Source: an uncultured Bacteroidia bacterium
GTDB taxonomy: Bacteria; Bacteroidota; Bacteroidia; NS11-12g; UBA9320
Direction: 5' to 3'
Assembly: GCA_963924815.1 (NCBI GenBank)
Contig: CAWURO010000007.1
Coordinates: forward strand, 3,120 to 67,119
DNA length: 64,000 nt
How positions within the stretch are numbered: the first letter of the stretch is position 1; every line of letters starts with the position of its first letter. The notes beneath the pieces are model-generated. The model had not been told where the DNA came from, searched no databases, and worked only from the letters and a program-made list of their open reading frames with translations. Shown here piece by piece: positions 47,314 to 58,320 of this stretch. Position numbers and translations under genes: made by a program.

Positions 47314-49440
47314 TTATTTGCTCAATACATCTATCAGCTCAGCTTTCTTCAAAGTGGTATAACCTTCTATACCTTTTTCTTTTGCTAATGCTTTTAGTTG
47401 TGCAACAGTCATAGAATTTAAATCACTAGAAACCTCAACTTTTGCAGTTGCGTCTTCTACTTTTTTAGCTTTTGGTTCTGCTTTTTTTGCTTCCTTTTTA
47501 GGGGCAGCAGGTGCAGCTTCCATTTTTGCTTTAAGATTTGCTAGAACATCTAGCTCACCCATCGTAGAACGTTCTCCACCTTTATTCATTTTATCAACGA
47601 ATTTAGAGGTGTTAGTTGCTTGTTTCTTTCTATTAGAATCTTCTTCAGAGTTTTGCGCTCTTTCTGCTTCTTTCCAGATGTCTGTATGAGAAACTAATAT
47701 CCGTTTAGCATCTTTATTAAACTCAATTACTCTAACTACAAGAGTGTCATCCATTGATGGTTCAGTTTTATCTTCTTTCTTGATGTGTTTTTTAGGAGCG
47801 AATCCTTCTACACCATAAGGAAGAGTTAAGATAATACCTCGATCATTAATTTCTGAAACCACACCTTCGTGCTCAGAACCTAGCGTGAATATACCAGAGA
47901 AAGTATCCCATGGGTTTTCATCTATTTGTTTGTGCCCTAAGCTTAGTCTTCTGTTATCTCTATCTATTTCTAAAACCACAACCTCTAAGTCTTCACCTTT
48001 CTTGGTAAATTCAGCAGGATGTTTTATTTTCTTAGACCAAGATAAATCAGATACGTGTACTAGTCCATCAACACCTTCTTCTAGCTCCACAAAAAGACCA
48101 TAGTTAGTTAAGTTTCTAACTATACCAGAATGTTTGGAGTCTATTGGGTAGTTCTCTTCTATTTTTTCCCATGGGTCTGCAGCTAATTGCTTCATACCTA
48201 AAGAAAGTTTGTGCTCGTCTTTGTCAATATCAAGAACAACTGCTTCTACCTCATCACCTACTTTTACAAAGTCAGATGGATTACGTAGGTGCTGAGACCA
48301 AGACATTTCAGAAACGTGAATAAGACCTTCAATACCTGGTTGTATTTCTACAAACACACCATAGTCTGCAACAGTAACTACTTTTCCAGTTACTTTAGCA
48401 CCTTCCACTAAATCGCCTTGCATGCTCTCCCATGGATGTGCAGTAAGTTGTTTCATACCAAGAGAGATACGTTTTTTGTCGTTATCAAACTCAAGTACAG
48501 CAACTTGTATTTTTTGATCAAGTGTAAGAACATCTTCTGGGTGATTAATTCTACCCCAAGATATATCTGTGATATGAAGAAGACCGTCAAGACCACCAAG
48601 GTCTACGAATACACCAAATGAAGTCATATTCTTAACTGTACCTTCTAAAATTTGACCTACCTCCATTTTAGAGATCATTTCTACTTTTTGAGCTTCAATG
48701 TCATCTTCAATAAGAGCTTTGTGTGAAATTACTACGTTTTTGTATACTTCGTTAATTTTTACAACCTTGAATTCCATAGTTTTACCTACATATTGGTCGT
48801 AATCTCTAACAGGTTTAACGTCTATTTGGGAGCCAGGAAGGAAAGCATCCATACCCATAACATCTACTACAAGTCCTCCTTTAGTTCTAGATTGGATGTA
48901 ACCTTTAACGATTTCACCATTTTCCATAATTTTTTGAATTCTGTCCCAAGCACCTTCAGCGATAGCTTTTTTGCGAGAAAGAATTAATTGTCCTAAAGCG
49001 TTTTCTGTCTCATCCACATAAACTTCAACAGTGTCACCCACTGAAACGTCTGGATTGTCTCTGAATTCAGTTTTAGAAACTAAACCGTCAGATTTAAATC
49101 CTATGTCAATTACAAAGTCATCTCCAGTCATACCAACGATGGTGCCAGTTACAAGTGTTTTTTCATCTACTTGCTTAATCGTGTTGGTGTATACTGATTT
49201 CATCTCATTATTTTGAGAATCATCGTACATACCAAAACCTGCTTTATCCATGGTCCAATCGAATGCGTTTGGATCGTGAACAGGTGTTTCTGATGTTTGA
49301 TGGAATGGATTAGCAGATTTAGATTCTGCTGATACTACTGTTTCAGTTGTAGTTTCTGCTGTAGCTTCTACTGTGGCATCCTTGGCCTCAGTGGCTTCAT
49401 TCAAGATTGCATCTTGAGTTTCTTCTGTGTTGTTGTTCAA
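47314..49440 (-). CDS. rpsA: 30S ribosomal protein S1 with an N-terminal acidic extension and a C-terminal Rho_N/HeH-like tail
   Basis: Six S1 (OB) repeats. There is no in-frame ATG upstream of the conserved FDW region. The track TTG at 49476 lies inside the TAGCTTTG promoter box, so I prefer the TTG at 49440, which has AAAGGAGGA 10 nt upstream. The start remains uncertain. Confidence 0.9.
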   Translation of the reverse strand: MNNNTEETQDAILNEATEAKDATVEATAETTTETVVSAESKSANPFHQTSETPVHDPNAFDWTMDKAGFGMYDDSQNNEMKSVYTNTIKQVDEKTLVTGTIVGMTGDDFVIDIGFKSDGLVSKTEFRDNPDVSVGDTVEVYVDETENALGQLILSRKKAIAEGAWDRIQKIMENGEIVKGYIQSRTKGGLVVDVMGMDAFLPGSQIDVKPVRDYDQYVGKTMEFKVVKINEVYKNVVISHKALIEDDIEAQKVEMISKMEVGQILEGTVKNMTSFGVFVDLGGLDGLLHITDISWGRINHPEDVLTLDQKIQVAVLEFDNDKKRISLGMKQLTAHPWESMQGDLVEGAKVTGKVVTVADYGVFVEIQPGIEGLIHVSEMSWSQHLRNPSDFVKVGDEVEAVVLDIDKDEHKLSLGMKQLAADPWEKIEENYPIDSKHSGIVRNLTNYGLFVELEEGVDGLVHVSDLSWSKKIKHPAEFTKKGEDLEVVVLEIDRDNRRLSLGHKQIDENPWDTFSGIFTLGSEHEGVVSEINDRGIILTLPYGVEGFAPKKHIKKEDKTEPSMDDTLVVRVIEFNKDAKRILVSHTDIWKEAERAQNSEEDSNRKKQATNTSKFVDKMNKGGERSTMGELDVLANLKAKMEAAPAAPKKEAKKAEPKAKKVEDATAKVEVSSDLNSMTVAQLKALAKEKGIEGYTTLKKAELIDVLSK

Positions 49441-49449
49441 AGTATCATG

Positions 49450-49458
49450 TCCTCCTTT
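49450..49458 (-). promoter_or_regulatory. Shine-Dalgarno-like AAAGGAGGA in the rpsA leader
   Basis: The reverse strand reads cgtAAAGGAGGAcATGATACTTTGAAC. The GGAGG core lies 10 nt upstream of the in-frame TTG (49440) and 2 nt upstream of an out-of-frame ATG (49448). Confidence 0.5.
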
Positions 49459-49473
49459 ACGAAAAAATGACCG

Positions 49474-49481
49474 CAAAGCTA
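49474..49481 (-). promoter_or_regulatory. -7 box TAGCTTTG of rpsA
   Basis: The reverse strand reads TAGCTTTGCGGTCATTTTTT. The ORF-track TTG start is the TTG of this box. Confidence 0.5.
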
Positions 49482-49562
49482 AGATTTATTTTCTAATAAC
49501 TTGTTACAAAGTCTTGATTTTAGTGATAACAACTAAGTTTATATCTAAAATATGTTCGTTTT

Positions 49563-50249
49563 TTAAACTGAAATTCCGAAGAGGTGCCCGATTAATGCAG
49601 TAATTCCCATGGCCATAGTGCCCCACCATGTTACTCGAAGTATTGCTTTGAGTATTGAAGAACCGCCGGTTTTGGCTGCGACAGATCCCAAGGTTACTAG
49701 AAATAAAATAGAGAATGCATATTGTAAGTATATCATTTGCGGTAAGTTGCCAAAAACAGCAACAAAGACAGGTAGCGTTCCACCTACAATAAAAGCCGCA
49801 CCAGAAGCCAAAGCCGCTTGAAACGGTTTTGCTTGTGTAATCTCATTAATTCCTAATTCGTCTCTAGCATGTGCACCCAATGCATCGTGTTCACTTAGTT
49901 GCTTAGCAACTTCTATAGATAATTCTTTACTTAAGCCTCTGCCTTCATAAATTTTTGCCAACTCTAACATTTCTGCTTCGGGCATTTCATCAATTTCTTT
50001 TTGTTCTCGTGCCAGATCCGAGTTTTCGATATCTGCTTGTGAACTTACGGAGACATATTCACCTGCCGCCATAGATAAAGCACCAGCTGCTAAGCCTGCG
50101 ACTCCTGCTAATATTATAGGCTCACGCGTAGTGCTGGCGGCAGCCACTCCTATAATGATACTGGCGGTAGAAAGTATTCCGTCATTCGCACCAAGAATAG
50201 CTGCTCTAAGCCAGTTGCTTCTGTTTACATAATGTTGCTCAAATTGCAT
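49563..50249 (-). CDS. VIT1/CCC1-family iron/manganese transporter
   Basis: 228 aa. The N-terminal NWLRAAILGANDGILSTASII segment, the central acidic cytoplasmic helix region and the C-terminal TM helices are typical of the VIT family. Confidence 0.85.
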   Translation of the reverse strand: MQFEQHYVNRSNWLRAAILGANDGILSTASIIIGVAAASTTREPIILAGVAGLAAGALSMAAGEYVSVSSQADIENSDLAREQKEIDEMPEAEMLELAKIYEGRGLSKELSIEVAKQLSEHDALGAHARDELGINEITQAKPFQAALASGAAFIVGGTLPVFVAVFGNLPQMIYLQYAFSILFLVTLGSVAAKTGGSSILKAILRVTWWGTMAMGITALIGHLFGISV

Positions 50250-50252
50250 AGT

Positions 50253-50849
50253 TTATCCTCTGCGTCTTTCTAAAAGAATCATCATCATAAGGCCAAGCAT
50301 CATTCGCTCATCATCCTCATGGACCGTTTCAGCTAGTTTTGTTATTTCAAACTTTCGGCCCCAAAAGGAGGCTTCTTTTTTAAGTCTGGCCACTGGCTGC
50401 AAGTCGTTATTGGTTACCAAGTAACTAGGATTGAATAAATATCCCGTCAAGAGTCCTAAAAAAGGAATTTCAGAAAGTAAGCTGTCTAATACTTTTATCC
50501 AGCCATTTTCTTCCTGTATCTTGTAGTGTGGTTGTTCATTTGGATCTATTAATAAGTACTCCGCTTTCCATATGGAGCGCCATCCTTTGCGAGCTACTTT
50601 CCCTAGTTCCACTCCTTCATGATTGGTAATGCTGTACGCAGCAGAAAAATCAATCCATCTATCTGCTTTGATCTTATAACTTAAAGTAGCTTGTGACTCG
50701 TCTGTAAATACAGAAATGTCCTCTTTTAATTTGAATAATTTTTGTTTTACATAGGCAACGGTTCTTCCATTAGCATCTGTTGCACTAAAATCATTATGCA
50801 AAGATGAAATATTGAAGACTAGTTTAATGGGAAAGTGAAGATCGTTCAT
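50253..50849 (-). CDS. Hypothetical protein (possibly LURP-one/tubby-C-like fold)
   Basis: 198 aa, 3 nt upstream of the VIT gene. The assignment rests only on a weak resemblance recalled from memory and was not checked. Confidence 0.45.
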   Translation of the reverse strand: MNDLHFPIKLVFNISSLHNDFSATDANGRTVAYVKQKLFKLKEDISVFTDESQATLSYKIKADRWIDFSAAYSITNHEGVELGKVARKGWRSIWKAEYLLIDPNEQPHYKIQEENGWIKVLDSLLSEIPFLGLLTGYLFNPSYLVTNNDLQPVARLKKEASFWGRKFEITKLAETVHEDDERMMLGLMMMILLERRRG

Positions 50850-50954
50850 TGGAGGTGAATCTTAGTTGGTCTATGAGATTAGCTTTATTGGATTCAAAGT
50901 TACGAAAAACAACTAATGTGATTAGGATGAATTTTATGGGTTGATTAGTTTTTG

Positions 50955-50962
50955 CATATTTG
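50955..50962 (+). promoter_or_regulatory. -7-like box CATATTTG, 4 nt before the M61 peptidase ATG
   Basis: The sequence is CATATTTG-cccc-ATG(50967), a 7-of-8 match to TAnnTTTG. Confidence 0.4.
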
Positions 50963-50966
50963 CCCC

Positions 50967-52709
50967 ATGCTAAAAAAGCTTAATTTACTAATCATTATTA
51001 TTTTTATGTCAATTACATCTCAAGCTATTCATTATTCGGTAAGTTTTGATAAGGTTAAGTCTCATTATGTTACGGTTCAACTAGACTTTGAGATTAAAGG
51101 TAAAGATTTTGTAGATTTTAAGGTTCCCGTTTGGACTCCTGGTTCGTATAAGGTGCGTGAATTTAGTAATGCTTTTGAAAATATTAAAGCTGGAAATTTA
51201 GCGGTAGAGCGTCGTGATAAAAATACCTGGAGAATAGCGACTAAAGGTCAATTTAAAGTGAGTTTAACCTATGACGTATATTGTTTTGTGGTGAGTGTGC
51301 GTCAAAGTTATGCCGATGAAAATTATGCGTTTTTACACGGCACTTCAGCATTTGGATACGTAGAAGGATTTGAAAGAGAACAAATAGAGTTAGAGATAAA
51401 ACCTTACAAAGGTTGGAATAATGTAGAGGTTTCTTTGCCTCAATCCAAGGTGAAAGGGTATGCGTTTACTGCAGAAAACTATGATTTACTTGCCGATTCA
51501 CCTATTGCATTGGGCAACTTTGATACTATATCTTATGTGAGTTCAAAGGTGCTGCATACAGTGGTAATGATTGGAGAAGGCAACTATGACTTACTTAAAA
51601 TTCAAGAAGATTTTAAAAAAATTAGCGATACACAAGTTAGCATGATGGGTGACCATCCTAGTCCACAATACGTGCACTTTATTTACAATGTTACCAGTGG
51701 GGGTGGAGGATTGGAGCATCTCAACTGTCAAACCAGTATGATGAACAGATGGAATTACACCAATCCTTCAGCATATAAAGGTTTCTTAGGATTGATAGCA
51801 CACGAATACTTTCACTTGTGGAACGTTAAACGCGTCAGACCTATTCAGCTTGGTCCATTTGATTATAATCATGAAGTGTATACGGATATGCTTTGGATCG
51901 CAGAGGGTATTACGAGCTATTACGATGACAAAACATTACAAAGAATGGGTTTGTATGAGGATGAGGAGTATCTTAATATCATTGCCGGTCAAATTAGTCG
52001 CTACGAAAACACCCCCGGAAAGGAAGTGATGAGTTTAGCCCATAGCAGCACCTTAGCGTGGGTGAAATCATACCTGCCCAATGAGGAAAGTATGAATAAC
52101 TCGATAAGTTATTACAATAAAGGAATGATCGCAGCTGTGTTATTGGATTTGGAAATTAGAGCAAACTCCGAGTATTCTCTGGATGATGTAATGAAGGTAT
52201 TATACAGTGACTTTTATAAGAAAAAAGGCAGAGGCTTTACACATGAGGAGTTTATTAGCGTATGCAGTAAAATTGCCGGAAAAGAGTTACAACCTTTTTT
52301 TGATGACGTAGTTTTTAGTACCAAATCAATTGATTATAACGCTATGTTTAGTCCGTTTGGGTTAAAACTAACGGATGAGAATGACGATAAAAATGCATGT
52401 TGGAGCGGAGTTATTAGCACACTTAGCGGTGGTAAAACAACCATTAGTAATGTATATGCAGCGGGTCCAGCTGTTGAAGCAGGACTAAGTGTAAACGATG
52501 AAATTATTAGTATAAACGGTTGGAGAGTGAATGAAACCCTCGAGTCACATGATAGTAAGCATAAAGTAGGCGATGTGGCAGAAATTCTTTATTCTCGAGA
52601 TGATAAAATATATAGTGCAAGCTTAATTTATACCAAGAACCCGAAAGTAGCCATGAAACTAGAGATAGGAGATAAGAATAGCTTGTACACGTCTTGGCTT
52701 CATAAATAG
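50967..52709 (+). CDS. M61-family glycyl aminopeptidase with a C-terminal PDZ domain
   Basis: The zinc motif is HEYFHLWN. It has a signal peptide MLKKLNLLIIIIFMSITSQA and a PDZ-like GLSVNDEIISING. I prefer the ATG at 50967. Confidence 0.85.
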   Translation: MLKKLNLLIIIIFMSITSQAIHYSVSFDKVKSHYVTVQLDFEIKGKDFVDFKVPVWTPGSYKVREFSNAFENIKAGNLAVERRDKNTWRIATKGQFKVSLTYDVYCFVVSVRQSYADENYAFLHGTSAFGYVEGFEREQIELEIKPYKGWNNVEVSLPQSKVKGYAFTAENYDLLADSPIALGNFDTISYVSSKVLHTVVMIGEGNYDLLKIQEDFKKISDTQVSMMGDHPSPQYVHFIYNVTSGGGGLEHLNCQTSMMNRWNYTNPSAYKGFLGLIAHEYFHLWNVKRVRPIQLGPFDYNHEVYTDMLWIAEGITSYYDDKTLQRMGLYEDEEYLNIIAGQISRYENTPGKEVMSLAHSSTLAWVKSYLPNEESMNNSISYYNKGMIAAVLLDLEIRANSEYSLDDVMKVLYSDFYKKKGRGFTHEEFISVCSKIAGKELQPFFDDVVFSTKSIDYNAMFSPFGLKLTDENDDKNACWSGVISTLSGGKTTISNVYAAGPAVEAGLSVNDEIISINGWRVNETLESHDSKHKVGDVAEILYSRDDKIYSASLIYTKNPKVAMKLEIGDKNSLYTSWLHK

Positions 52710-52864
52710 CTCAGATTATTTCCCTTTCTGTTTCGCCGAACTAAGCTGCGTCTTACGTATTATTATTTATCCGCTTGCACTGCGTGAGGAGTTCAATCCT
52801 GAGTTCGTTGATTAACTTTTGATAACTTATTAAATCAGTATAATTAACTACTTGTGAACTGGGT

Positions 52865-52872
52865 TACCTTTG
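52865..52872 (+). promoter_or_regulatory. -7 box TACCTTTG upstream of carA
   Basis: TACCTTTGCC lies 16 nt before the GTG at 52889. Confidence 0.45.
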
Positions 52873-52888
52873 CCTAAATCTAAGAATA

Positions 52889-53980
52889 GTGTCAGTAATT
52901 AATCTACAAAAAGCTTATTTAGTGCTGGAAGACGGCACCTTTTTCGAAGGTAAAGCAATAGGTAAAATAGGAACAACCTCAGGAGAAATCGCCTTTAATA
53001 CTGGGATGACAGGGTACCAAGAGGTATTTACAGATCCATCCTACTTTGGACAAATATTGATTATGACGATGGATCATATCGGTAATTATGGTGTACGAAA
53101 TGAGGATGCAGAATCAGGGTCCATAAAGATAGCTGGGTTAGTATGCAAAAATTACTCGCCAATGCATAGCCGAACTATGGCCAATAGCAGTTTGAATGAC
53201 TATTTTATCGAGCATGGTTTTACAGGTATAAGTGATGTGGATACGCGTCAGATTGTAAAGCACATCCGAGATGCTGGAGCAATGAATGCCATTATAAGTT
53301 CAGAGATATTAGATGTTGAAGTACTTGCGAGAATGGTAAAAGAGGTTCCTAGCATGGAAGGTCTTGAACTGAGTTCTAAAGTGTGGAGTAAGGAGTCGTA
53401 TGAGGTTAATCCTGAAGGCACTTTAAAAGTGGCATTACTTGATTTAGGCTCCAAAGAAAATATCATTCGTTGTCTCACGGACCGTGGATGCCACGTAAAA
53501 GTATTCCCCGGGGATACCAGCTATTCGAATATGAAATCATGGAATCCGGACGGATACATGATAAGTAATGGTCCCGGCGATCCTTCGGCAATGTCATATG
53601 CGGTAAAAACCCTTAAAGATATCTTAGACGCCAATGAAAAAATGTTTGGCATTTGTTTAGGTAGTCAAATATTGGCGCAAGCGGTGGGTATGAAAACATT
53701 TAAATTGCACAGTGGTCATAGAGGTCAAAATCATCCTGTTAAAAATTTACTTACCGGTAAGAGTGAAATAACTTCACAAAATCACGGTTTTGCTATAGAT
53801 CCTGAGAGTAACACAGGTAAAGCGGAAATTACACATATTAATCTTAATGATAATACTGTGGAGGGCATTCGTATACAAGATAAAAATGCCTTTGCTGTTC
53901 AATATCATCCAGAGGCCAGTCCTGGACCGCATGATAGTCGATACCTATTTGATGATTTTGTGGCGATGATGTCTAAGTGA
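52889..53980 (+). CDS. carA: Carbamoyl-phosphate synthase small (glutaminase) subunit
   Basis: 363 aa with a CPSase small-subunit N-domain and a class I GATase (GICLGSQ catalytic Cys, QYHPE). GTG start. Confidence 0.93.
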   Translation: MSVINLQKAYLVLEDGTFFEGKAIGKIGTTSGEIAFNTGMTGYQEVFTDPSYFGQILIMTMDHIGNYGVRNEDAESGSIKIAGLVCKNYSPMHSRTMANSSLNDYFIEHGFTGISDVDTRQIVKHIRDAGAMNAIISSEILDVEVLARMVKEVPSMEGLELSSKVWSKESYEVNPEGTLKVALLDLGSKENIIRCLTDRGCHVKVFPGDTSYSNMKSWNPDGYMISNGPGDPSAMSYAVKTLKDILDANEKMFGICLGSQILAQAVGMKTFKLHSGHRGQNHPVKNLLTGKSEITSQNHGFAIDPESNTGKAEITHINLNDNTVEGIRIQDKNAFAVQYHPEASPGPHDSRYLFDDFVAMMSK

Positions 53981-54268
53981 AATAATTGATCTGCGCTTGT
54001 AAAAAAAACGTAGATATATCGTGTAAATATCGAACAATTAGCCATCTCGCTCAATAGGTCATTTTACTTTAAACAAAATGGTTTTAAAATTGAACTATAC
54101 TATTTAAATGGCTGATAATTTACTTTATTTTAATTATTTCGCCACCCAAATAGTTGTTTCTGTTTAGGTAAAGACAAATCGATTCAAATGAGCAGAGAAA
54201 AATACTAAATTCACTATCATTGTATCTCGAAAGAGTAAGATTGTAACAAGTATTAAGGTAAAAATTGA

Positions 54269-55585
<1,317 letters not shown>

Positions 55586-55867
55586 GCGTTTAGCTTCTGG
55601 GACACTTCAAGCTACTCAGAACTAACGTATGGTAAATCCTAAACTTTTGGGAGATAAGAGATTAGAACTGTGTAATCGTGTGTCTATTTTTTTTCTGTGT
55701 GATATTAAGTAACTTTAGCCTGTAAAATCAATTCACTAGTGATTTAGTTTTGATACGTGATAGCTTGCATGTATTCGTTTATATTTTATAGTACACTCGC
55801 AAGGCACTGTTCACAAAAGCTAATCAAAACTCTTTAGGATTGTCTTATTTTCGAAACTTTAAACGCA

Positions 55868-58306
55868 ATGGCATTGTTCGGTATAAAAACAAAAAAAGAA
55901 AAGGAAAAAAGTAAGCCTGATACTTCTAAAGATAATACGCTTAGAAATAAGGTGATAGGAGTTTTATTACTTGTTTTTACGGTGTTTATAAGTGTCGCAT
56001 CATTGAGCTATTTAAGCTCTTGGCGCGCTGATCAGAGTATATTAAACTCAGGAATTTCAGAATTTGCATTCGATATTAAGGACAATATCCCAGCTAATAT
56101 TATGGGTAAGTTAGGCGCTCTAGCTGCGCACTTTTTTATCTATAATGGTTTTGGTATTGGTGCTTTTTTCTTGTATCCCATATTCGGAATCCTTGGATAT
56201 AATCTCTATTTTAGTAATAAATGGGCAGTACCTTTTACTATAGTTAGTAAACTTTTGGTCACTGCTATATGGGTTTCTCTTGTTTTGGCACTCCTTTTTT
56301 CTAAATCATTTCCTTTGTTAAGTGGATTGCTAGGATACGGTGTATTTATCTTTTCAAAATCATGGATTGGAACTATCGGAATGATACTGGTTCTTGGTTC
56401 AGCAACGATATTCTTTTTATATGTTGCCTTTAGTATCGATGTTCTTGAAAGTATTAAGAATAGGAAGATGCAGAAAGTGGATGGGGATTACGACTCTTCA
56501 AATGAGGCTACTCAAAATGGCAAACCTGCTTTTGGAAGCGAAGATTCACTTTTTGAAAAAGATAAGATCGGATTTACAGAAGAGGAGGCGAGTGATGACG
56601 ATGAAGAACTTCCAGAGAGTAATGATTTGGAACTGACCGTTGAAACACATGAGCCTGACGATGAGCCAACAGTTTTAACTAATGCGATGCCTGCAGCCGC
56701 TAGAAGCGATCATGATGAACTGGAGTTATTAATTGAGTCGGCACCTGCGGAGGAAAAAGTAGGGAAAGTAAAACACCAGGAACACTATGGTATTGATGAA
56801 CCGTTTGATCCAAGACTTGATTTACGAGATTTTATTTTTCCTGAAATATCGTTTCTGAATCAATACGGCGAAAGTGGTAAAACCGAGGTAAGCAAAGATG
56901 AGCTAGAGAAAAGCAAGAATATGATTTTAGAGACGCTTAGTAACTACAAAATTGGTATTGCATCCATAAAAGCCACCATTGGTCCCACGGTTACACTTTT
57001 CGAAATAGTGCCAGAGAAGGGCATTCGTATTTCTAAGATAAAAAATCTAGAAGATGATATAGCACTTAGTTTAGCTGCATTGGGCATAAGAATAATAGCA
57101 CCAATTCCGGGGAAAGGAACTATTGGTATTGAAGTTCCTAATAAAAAACCCGAGATTGTAAGTATGTACTCTGTAATCAACAGTGTAAAGTATCAAAATA
57201 GTGATGCAGCTTTGCCAGTTTGCTTGGGTAAGACTATATCCAATGAAGTCTTTGTGGCTGATTTAGCCAAAATGCCTCACCTGCTTATGGCAGGCGCAAC
57301 AGGTCAAGGAAAGTCCGTAGGATTAAATGCAATAATCATTTCGCTACTTTATAGAAAACATCCTTCTGAGTTAAAGTTTGTTATGGTTGACCCCAAAAAA
57401 GTGGAGTTAACACTATATCAAACTATAGAAAGACATTATCTAGCCAAATTGCCAGGAGACAGTGAGGCTATTATTACGGATAATAAACAAGTAATAAATA
57501 CACTTAATTCTTTATGCATCGAAATGGATGAACGCTATGCATTACTGCAAACCGCAATGGTTCGTAATATTAAGGAGTATAATGATAAGTTTATAAAACG
57601 TAAGTTAAGCCCAGAAGATGGCCATAAATTCTTACCTTATATTGTGGTAATAATAGATGAGGTGGCAGACCTTATTATGACGGCAGGAAAAGAAGTGGAG
57701 CATCCTATTGGACGTATTGCACAGCTAGCCCGTGCCATTGGTATTCACTTAATATTAGCAACCCAACGTCCGTCAGTAAATATTATCACGGGAACAATCA
57801 AGGCTAATTTCCCTGCTCGTGTAGCATTTAGAGTGTCAAGTAAAATAGATTCACGTACCATATTAGACGGCAATGGAGCTGATCAGTTAATAGGGAAAGG
57901 GGACATGCTTTATTCTACAGGAAGCGAATTAATTAGGCTGCAATGTCCATTCGTAGACACACCAGAAGTAGATACCATAACGGCGTTTATAGGAAATCAG
58001 AGAGGATACCCAAGTGCTCATATGCTTCCGGAAGTACGTGAAGATTCTGATGGTGAAACAGCTAATTTTGATCCCAATGATAAAGATGACCTTTTTGAAG
58101 ACGCTGCTAGAATTGTAGTACAACACCAGCAAGGAAGCACTAGCTTAATTCAGAGACGATTAAAAGTAGGATATAATAGAGCGGGACGCTTGATAGATCA
58201 ATTAGAAGCGACTAATATTGTAGGCCCTTTTGAGGGTAGCAAGGCAAGACAAGTATTAATTCCAGACGAATACGCTTTGGAACAATTCTTGAACAATCTG
58301 CATTAA
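55868..58306 (+). CDS. ftsK: DNA translocase FtsK
   Basis: 812 aa with N-terminal TM helices, an acidic linker, a motor domain with Walker A GATGQGKS, and a C-terminal gamma winged helix (STSLIQRRLKVGYNRAGRLIDQLE). Confidence 0.95.
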   Translation: MALFGIKTKKEKEKSKPDTSKDNTLRNKVIGVLLLVFTVFISVASLSYLSSWRADQSILNSGISEFAFDIKDNIPANIMGKLGALAAHFFIYNGFGIGAFFLYPIFGILGYNLYFSNKWAVPFTIVSKLLVTAIWVSLVLALLFSKSFPLLSGLLGYGVFIFSKSWIGTIGMILVLGSATIFFLYVAFSIDVLESIKNRKMQKVDGDYDSSNEATQNGKPAFGSEDSLFEKDKIGFTEEEASDDDEELPESNDLELTVETHEPDDEPTVLTNAMPAAARSDHDELELLIESAPAEEKVGKVKHQEHYGIDEPFDPRLDLRDFIFPEISFLNQYGESGKTEVSKDELEKSKNMILETLSNYKIGIASIKATIGPTVTLFEIVPEKGIRISKIKNLEDDIALSLAALGIRIIAPIPGKGTIGIEVPNKKPEIVSMYSVINSVKYQNSDAALPVCLGKTISNEVFVADLAKMPHLLMAGATGQGKSVGLNAIIISLLYRKHPSELKFVMVDPKKVELTLYQTIERHYLAKLPGDSEAIITDNKQVINTLNSLCIEMDERYALLQTAMVRNIKEYNDKFIKRKLSPEDGHKFLPYIVVIIDEVADLIMTAGKEVEHPIGRIAQLARAIGIHLILATQRPSVNIITGTIKANFPARVAFRVSSKIDSRTILDGNGADQLIGKGDMLYSTGSELIRLQCPFVDTPEVDTITAFIGNQRGYPSAHMLPEVREDSDGETANFDPNDKDDLFEDAARIVVQHQQGSTSLIQRRLKVGYNRAGRLIDQLEATNIVGPFEGSKARQVLIPDEYALEQFLNNLH

Positions 58307-58320
58307 TACATAAACAACAA

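Noticed and set aside
52786-52803. A tRNA T-loop-like string GAGGAGTTCAATCCTGAG between the M61 peptidase gene and carA, possibly a tRNA remnant or att site.
   Set aside because: The flanking bases give only 2 of 5 T-stem pairs. No acceptor or anticodon arms can be built and there is no CCA context. I saw no second copy that would mark an island boundary.
52790-52810. AAUCCUGAGUUCG resembles part of the PyrR binding-loop consensus (ARUCCAGAGAGGYU) upstream of carA.
   Set aside because: Only about 9 of 13 positions match and no terminator/antiterminator pair is visible. The best carA promoter box (52865..52872) lies downstream of it, so the motif would not be in the carA leader.
55630-55713. 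A 27-codon ORF (MVNPKLLGDKRLELCNRVSIFFLCDIK) in the eno-ftsK spacer.
   Set aside because: It has no promoter box or conservation evidence, its composition is typical of random AT-rich sequence, and it is too short to evaluate.
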